Positions 46,610 to 53,282 of a stretch of DNA of 53,282 bases are shown here, in pieces; position 1 is the first letter of the stretch; each line of letters starts with the position of its first letter. The stretch lies in the NCBI GenBank assembly GCA_003427395.1, contig BFEA01000016.1, positions 3,984,377-4,037,658 of the forward strand, written 5' to 3'. The notes beneath the pieces were generated by a model, which did no database searches, was not told the DNA's origin, and saw only the letters and a list, made by a program, of their open reading frames with translations. This stretch comes from Chara braunii. Its lineage: Eukaryota > Plantae > Charophyceae. The translations under genes and the position numbers were made by a program.

Positions 46610-46969
46610 CTACTTACACCCCTCCTACCGGGATCCCTTAAGACAATCCCCTACTGTAGGTTCCCCACTGATATCCTCCAGCAGAGCTTGTCCCAAGCCA
46701 ACGCTCGCCCCAAACGGGACCCCATCGCACCTCAGGTCCTTCCCCCCCCCCAAAGCAGAGCCTAAGGTAACCAACACACATCAGCAGTCTAACCACAAAT
46801 CCGTACCTGCATCCTTATTAGACTGCTAACTGTATCAGGCAAACCCCTCACAGGCCAGGACCAAACATACAACACCATGGGTGGGCGGTGCGCAGGCAGT
46901 GTATGTAATAGCTTACCATGCGTCAGCCCAGCCGTGCGTCATTCTAACGCCCTGCCGGTGTCCATGCAT

Positions 46970-47046
46970 GACGCTGTGGATTTGAACCCGCAACCTCATA
47001 CCACAATGCGCATATCCAACCGGTGCTCTAACCACTGAGCTACATC
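46970..47046 (-). promoter_or_regulatory. Pol III A/B-box tRNA-derived head of SINE H
   Basis: TAGCTCAGTGGTTAGAGC (A box) ... GGTTCAAATCC (B box); no valid anticodon arm. Confidence 0.75.
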
Positions 47047-47689
47047 AACTGGACAGTGTACACGGAGCTACATCAACTGGACAGTGTACACGGCTCCTTG
47101 CCATCCGATCTGAAAATCTCACGGCCCTACCGTAGTGGGACCACGTTGGAAAATATACACGAAACATAAACTAACCCCATCCCCCCACTCCCCCCGCCGC
47201 TAGCGGTTCACGGCCCCCGGACTGATGGGGCTGTGTGAAATTCAAAAGCCAAAAATGTCCTACCTGTGAAATTCAAAAGCCAAAAATGTCCTACCTATGT
47301 ATGCTTTACCAACAGGCTTATCTCAGCTCAGTTGTTACACCCATAAAACTGTGGAAATGAGGACGTCAGTTCGAATCCACATGCCACCAGATGAACGAAA
47401 TCATGGCTGAATAAACTACGGAAGGGAAGCTCAGGGGCACGATTTTTATTTTTTTATTTATTTTATTTTTTCCCCTCTCCTTTTTTTTTTTTTTTTTTTT
47501 AATGTTACATCTTTAATAGCTCAGTAGGCCAGGGATTTTCCCCTCTCCTCTCGTTCCTTTTTTGTCTTTTGAAAGGGCGACGGCCTTGAGATATCATCTC
47601 ATCATTATTGAGCTGACCGGCCCCCATCATCTGGATTCGAGCACGGTCTGTACTTCAACAGTTCATGCGTGTTACCAACTTAGCCACCC

Positions 47690-47797
47690 CCTTGTTCCCC
47701 CGAATACAACGTACGGTCATTATAGCTGTATTTTTTAGGCATCTGTCAGTCTAGATACAGCTATAATGACCGTCCGTTGTATTCGGGAAAAGAAGGG
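47690..47797. mobile_element. Tc1/mariner-like MITE
   Basis: TIR ccttgttcccccgaatacaacgtacggtcattatagctgtat. Confidence 0.8.
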
Positions 47798-47828
47798 TAG
47801 GCTCTCGGGTCCGTTCCACGATATTTTG

Positions 47829-47952
47829 TGGCCTCGCCACACCACTCTCGAAATGTGAAAAAAAAAACATTTGGCGGGTGCATCTGGCCATAATCTAGCT
47901 GGAAGTTCATTCTCATTTGTTTGCTCATTTCGAGAGTGGTGTGGCGAGGCCC
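47829..47952. mobile_element. PIF/Harbinger-like MITE
   Basis: TIR ggcctcgccacaccactctcgaaatg / catttcgagagtggtgtggcgaggcc. Confidence 0.8.
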
Positions 47953-48048
47953 TTTATCTCAAGGCTGTCGCCCTTTATTTTGAAATGGAAGAAGAGGGAG
48001 AAGAGAGAGGGGCGGGGGGGGGGGGGCAAGAAAGCAAACCGTGTGCCT

Positions 48049-48224
48049 GGGCCGAGGTCGCACTAGCAATAGCAAACAGGATAGGATCGAGGTCCTGAAT
48101 CTGGATGTGATTTATGGAGAGATGCAGAAACGCAGTTCAATCTACATTTCCTGCACCTCTCCACAAACACGTCCAGATTCAGGCATTCGATCTATCCTCT
48201 TTGCTAGTGGTGGGACCACGGCCC
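48049..48224. mobile_element. PIF/Harbinger-like foldback MITE
   Basis: Homologue of 7352-7525. Confidence 0.8.
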
Positions 48225-48308
48225 TGATGTCTGTGGAGACGTACGCATCACAGAGGAGAGGATGGGTTGTTGTTTTCACCGTACAGAATTTGTGCAAGGG
48301 GGCCCGTA

Positions 48309-48402
48309 CCTTCTTCCCCCGAATACAACGTACGGTCATTTGAGGCACCTTTCAGTCTAGATACAGCTATAATGACCGTACGTTGTATTCGGGGGAAGAA
48401 GG
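48309..48402. mobile_element. Tc1/mariner-like MITE
   Basis: Perfect 32 bp TIR ccttcttcccccgaatacaacgtacggtcatt, TA on both sides. Confidence 0.9.
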
Positions 48403-48418
48403 TAGTAGTCTGCCACGT

Positions 48419-48622
48419 AGGCAAGGTCCCACTTGCACGGATTAGGAGATTTCGGCCGTTGATCTTCGCTATCAACGGTCAATATCGCATAATTGGTGCA
48501 AGTGGGACCTACCTTGTTCCCCCGAATACAACGCACGGTCATTATAGCTGTATCTAGACTCAAAGATGCCTCAAATACAGCTCTAATGACCGTACGTTGT
48601 ATTCGGGGGAACAAGGTAGCCC
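48419..48622. mobile_element. Short MITE with a mariner-like MITE (48512-48616) inserted at a TA in its right TIR
   Basis: ggcaaggtcccacttgcac ... gtgcaagtgggaccTA[insert]TAgccc. Confidence 0.8.
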
Positions 48623-49216
48623 ACGAAACGGATTTACCGTTGGTGTGGGTAGGTAGGCATGATGATAAAATTGTAAAATTGGAGTCGTTGGCGTCCCGTC
48701 GTCCTTCGATGACATCAGATTCTGTGCTTCGCTTTTCCCATCAACCTACTGTAGTTCCGTTCCGGAGAAGCGATCTTCGTTAGAACGCACCTGGATGTGA
48801 AGACGACCAGGTGTGAAAGGTTTACACACGGACGTGTGTTGGAGCAAGAGGTGGAATATCGTAGAGCCACTTTCGCAGAATAGGTAAGTAACGTAAGGAG
48901 TACACTGCGACGCCACTTCCATGGACTCTTTCCCTTTTTTTTTTTCTTTTTCTTTTTTTTTTTGAGAAATTATCGCATTGTATTTCAAAACAAAAGTGGT
49001 CTCTTTCCTAATTTTGAGAAACGATAAATGATTATTTTGAACCACAATAGACGAGGGTCTCAAAAAGAGTTTTTTTTTCTTTTTTTTTTTCTCTTACTCT
49101 ATGTTCTTCTCTCAAATTCTTTTTTGGGCTTTCGCTACTCTGAAATTCTTTTTGGAATAAAATGTTTTAACTTTCTATAAAAAAATAATAATATATATAT
49201 ATATATATCGTCAAAT

Positions 49217-49255
<39 letters not shown>

Positions 49256-49682
49256 CGGGCTTTCACTACTCTCAAATTGTTTTTGGCCTTCCCTACCTTC
49301 CTACCATTACTCCTATCGTAAAGACTATACATAGAGGGGCCTCGAGAGACGAATATAGTGTAGTTTCCAAGAAAAAATAAAAAGACGAGGGCATATACTC
49401 ACTGTGACACTCGTAGCACTTTCCAAAATGCATCTGACCGCAATTACGGCCAGACGTGCACGAATCTGACCGCAATTACGGTCCGACCTGCACGAATCTG
49501 ACCCCAACCTCGAAGGTACGGTAATTGACTGAAAAATAACCCCGAATACAGCTATAGTGACCGTATACTACGTTGTGTATGCGGGGGAAGAAGGTAGTGT
49601 AGGCCCTTTAGTTGGTTAGGCACGCAAGTGGCGCTCAAGAGGAGGCGGACGCAGTCACCAGTGACCGCCTGGGGCACGCCTA

Positions 49683-49787
49683 CCGTCTTGCCCCGAACAC
49701 ACCGCACCCTCGTTTTGGCTGTATCTGGCCGGAAGTATCACTCGTATACATTCATTTTTAGGGTGCGTTATGTTCGGGGGAAGACGG
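49683..49787. mobile_element. Tc1/mariner-like MITE (CCGT start)
   Basis: ~28 bp TIR ccgtctt(g/c)ccccgaaca(c/t)a(c/a)cgcaccct with TA on both sides. Confidence 0.9.
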
Positions 49788-49867
49788 TAGGGCCAACCAA
49801 CTGAGAGAGAGTTGGGTTGCTCCCCCTGGTCCCGGTAGTGATAGGGTGTTTAGACAGCGCGAAGGGG

Positions 49868-49883
49868 AGTGTGTGTGTGTGTG

Positions 49884-49963
<80 letters not shown>

Positions 49964-49964
49964 N

Positions 49965-50033
<69 letters not shown>
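49868..50033. repeat. (GT)n(GA)n compound microsatellite
   Basis: Direct reading. Confidence 0.95.
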
Positions 50034-50036
<3 letters not shown>

Positions 50037-50115
50037 CCGGGGTGATGGTGGTGGATGGGACTGTTGGCCGTCCTCACGGCTGTTACTCGATGGGGGTAGG
50101 GAAAGTAGAGGGGAG

Positions 50116-50270
50116 TAGTGACGTGAGGATGGGATGGGACGGTAGCCTCGTTCCCTCAGGACGACCATGGCTGACCGCTCCAGGCGATCAATGTGTGCCT
50201 AGTAACCGGCCTCTACAACACCCTGGGCTTTTTTATTAAAAAAAAGAAAAAAGAAAAAAAAAAGAAAAAA
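50116..50270 (+). mobile_element. Truncated retro tail related to SINE H
   Basis: aaccg(g/a)cctctacaacaccctgg(g/a)c-T run-poly(A) shared with 44680-44716; possible 9 bp TSD agaggggag. Confidence 0.6.
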
Positions 50271-51065
50271 AGAGGGGAGGTACAGCTATTGGGAAAATGC
50301 TGTGTCAGTGCATCCGCCTGCTGGCCTCCCATCGCCCAACCAGTGACCCCACCTTACTCGCTCTCTAGGCCAAAGGAGGGTGGGGGGGGGCGCAAAATGT
50401 ATCTCCTTGATTGTGAAAAAGTTAGCTATGCATTCCAAAAAAAAAGAAAAAGAAAAGAAGTAGCTATCCTTGCAGGGAGGTGATATTTTTTTTAGGGGAA
50501 AATTTGAGAAAAGAAGCGCAGGAAGAAAGAAGGCCCAAAAAGAAAAGCGCGTACCGGTAGGGATCTCTACGTCGAGCTGTAGAGGCAGGTAAGTAAGGTA
50601 GTGATTTTTTTTTATTTTTTATTTTTTAAAAACTGCGCTATATTCTTCTCTCAAATCTTTTCATCATCTTTCAAATTCTTTCAATTCACCTTTTTCACTA
50701 CCTACCTACCTACCACTACTCCTAAGGCTTTTAGAAAGGGGACCCTTTCAAAGATAGCTTTGTTGTCTCCCTCCAGCCATCAGAGGGGATGCATGTTGCC
50801 GCCCGCCCCAAGGATGGGGTGGGGCCGCCGGTGGGGGTCCGGCTAACGCAAAGACCGAGCATTTTGCCAGTAGCTGCGCCTCCCTTTTCATCGTCCCCCA
50901 TCCCCAACCGAATAACAGCAGTGTCTAAGGCCAACACTCTCCCACACACCACACACAACCCACTCACACTCACACTCACACTCACACCCGTGTTGGCTAA
51001 GGACCCTTCTATCACTGATGAGAGGTATCAAGCGGACTATCACTGCTGGTGGGCACTAAGTGCGC

Positions 51066-51128
51066 CGCAGGCGATCGAACCCACAACCTCCTGAATGCCA
51101 CTTGGGTGCCTAACCAACTGAGTAGTGA
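51066..51128 (-). mobile_element. Degenerate tRNA-derived SINE head
   Basis: CTCAGTTGGTTAGGCACCCAAGTGGCATTCAGGAGGTTGTGGGTTCGATC; partial homologue at 49609-49645. Confidence 0.55.
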
Positions 51129-51850
51129 TTTACCCAGACGAGAGGGCTTTTTATTTTTTTTAATTTTGTATTATTATAAAATTGTATTATTATTAAAATT
51201 AAAAGGTTGCCTTTATCAGGGCCCAGCAGGCTATTTATGATGCCAGTGAGCGAGGGGCTGTAAGTCAGCGGCGTTGTAAAAAGTGCCGAGCGGGCACTGC
51301 TGATGGACAGATCAGGAGTTCACATCGCGCCGACAATACATGTGCACAAAGAGAAAAGAAAGTGGGAAAGGCGGCGTGCGAGGAGGGTGTGATTTGATTG
51401 ATTGCCCATAACCATCCATCCAGGCACAGGACAGGTGTTGGTGGGTGGCTATGTATGGGCATCGCTCCACTGCTCAACTTTTCTACAAGTACACGTATCT
51501 CTACTTCGGGGTGGCCCAGACACGTTGCAACTGACCCGATGTCTTGAATGAATCGGAACCGCTGTTAGCTCCGCATACATTTCGGATGCTGTGTGGTGGG
51601 GCGAGGCCCTATGTCTATGCTAAGCTGAAATATAATACACTTGGTCGTCATTTCAGAGCAGAATCGTCTATTTTTTTAGATACCCTCTTATCACGGTCAT
51701 AGTACAATTGGGTCCCTGACAGCGAGCGTGAATTCGAAGCCGTTTCCCAAAAGAGAAAAAAAAAAAAAGGAAAAAAAAACAACAACACAAAAGCCGTTTC
51801 GGTGGATGGAGGTAATTAGCTGCAATCAACGGGTGTGGCTCAGGGCATAC

Positions 51851-52273
51851 AGCCTCGCCACACCACTCTTGAAACGGGGGAATTTTTCAAGAGCTGTCAG
51901 ACGTTCTCAAGAGTTGGGTTTTCAAGAGTATCGGGCCCCTCGCCACACAGCACTCTTGAAAGGGCGATGGTGTTGGACAAACGATGAAAAACGACAGTTG
52001 TACAGCTTTGTTTTTTCCGAATGGCGTCAGGATAACGGCCTGACACCTCTCGAAAATCAAAGACACCTCTCGAAAATCAAAGGCCCTTCGAGTGCCCTCG
52101 GGAGGATGCTTGAGGGGTGCTGCAGGCTGGGCGTTTCGGAGTTTCGAGTGCTACTCTTGAAACGAGGTTCTGACAACTCTCGAAAGAGTTTTCGGGCTAC
52201 AACTCTCAAGTGGCTGTGTGGTGACGCGTCCAACTCTTGAAAACGCAGTTTCAAGAGTGGTGTGGCGAGGCCC
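51851..52273. mobile_element. PIF/Harbinger-like MITE
   Basis: TIR gcctcgccacaccactcttgaaac / tttcaagagtggtgtggcgaggc with internal ctcttgaaa repeats; same end family as 7529 and 47829. Confidence 0.8.
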
Positions 52274-53282
52274 ATATACTGGAACTGGCACTTTTTCTAC
52301 GAACCTCTGGTCGCAATGGCAGTCAGGTTCATCCATGTCTCGCCGAAATAGCAGTCAGATGCATTTTGGAAAGTCCTAGTGTGAGTAGGCCCTCCTCCTC
52401 GGTTGGTGCACCTTCGGAACTGTTGAAACACACACCTAAGTTCGAATCCACGTGAACGACAGAAAAAGTATACTGAGGAGGGCCTACTCACACTGAGGGC
52501 CTCATTTCCACTGTTTATGGGTGGTGCACCACTATGGGCCACGTCACACTACTACTGACTTGGTGAAAAATTTTGGGAGTAATCCCGACTTGGTGAAAAA
52601 TTTCGGGAGTACTCCGGAACGTCCGGCGACGCCATTCGGGAGTGCGCTTCACCGCATTGCACTCCCGAGTTGGGGCACTCTCCAATTTGGACGTTGACAC
52701 AAGTGACTACTCAAGAGGGATACAGGGGGAGGGGGGGATTCCGGCAACTGTTCGCTGTGGAACTAATTAGATAAACTGCCATCCATTATGCATCTCCAGG
52801 GGTAATTTATTTTTATTTTTGATTATTTAGTTGTACAGACATGGTGACAACTGACAGACAACTGCAGAGAGGATAGATCATTCTTTGCTGCATTGATTCT
52901 GTTTTTTTTTTTTTTTTTTGGAAGAATCATTAGCTTTTATTACAAATGAAAGGAGGCCGGGAATCCGCATAAACAACCCGGAAGATATGACCAATAACCC
53001 TAATTGGGCTGTTGCTGGAAAACGTGTAGCGGACCCACCAGCTGTGGTGCTCCGCTAGTGACAAAGATGGAGATGGAGGAAGGAGGGGGAGCAAGATCGC
53101 ACAACGCAGCTCCCCACGCAAGACTCCAACGCACGTACTCCAAAATGTGCAAGTGAGGAATGAGAATGAAAACAGACAATGGCTGGGGTATACCCCAGCG
53201 GACTGACGGGACTGGACTGGACTGGCTGGTACCGACAGAGGTACCGACCTGGACTGGCCTACCCCAAATATAACACAGGCCT

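Larger units (their letters stand above)
44661..47082 (-). mobile_element. tRNA-headed SINE H (~650 bp of its own), split by element I
   Basis: TSD agt(a/g)tacacggctcctt at 44644-44660 and 47083-47099; tRNA-like head at 47046-46970; tail cctctacaacaccctggac-T8-atc-poly(A). Confidence 0.8.

Noticed and set aside
47236-47296. 31 bp tandem duplication (also ~32 bp units at 49433-49503 and gactg repeats at 53200-53260)
   Set aside because: Ordinary local slippage duplications with no further structure
47690-48620. CRISPR-like repeated palindromes
   Set aside because: They are paired TIRs of MITEs with TA TSDs; eukaryotic context and no cas genes
51728-52240. 170 aa ORF
   Set aside because: Lies over a poly(A) tract and a MITE; no recognisable motifs

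Overview
Gappy eukaryotic scaffold, probably a green plant or streptophyte alga (plant-type U6 3' sequence; a trnA + second tRNA pair resembling plant/algal mitochondrial tRNAs). I found no intact host protein-coding gene; the window is a nest of decayed retroelements and MITEs. Four pseudogenised copies of one L1/Tx1-clade LINE family are present: A 10014-16819 (+), B 18652-27380 (-), C 17508-33786 (-, split by B) and D ~35974-44393 (+, near full length). They carry APE endonuclease, RT and C-terminal CCHC motifs. They also have an unusually long ORF1 ending in a conserved domain that looks NUDIX-like, and an SH3/Tudor-like insert in ORF2. A structured multi-hairpin 3' RNA module with compensatory changes is shared by these LINEs and by non-autonomous passengers: a ~3 kb family 'E' and a 1.75 kb element 'I' carrying an unrelated ORF. 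Target-site duplications (TSDs) resolve several nested layers. One TSD-bounded insertion has an ANTISENSE U6 3' fragment as its 5' end, and LINE B shows a similar head-to-head junction with a second poly(A)-tailed RNA, suggesting two-RNA twin priming. All domain assignments are by eye, without database searches.
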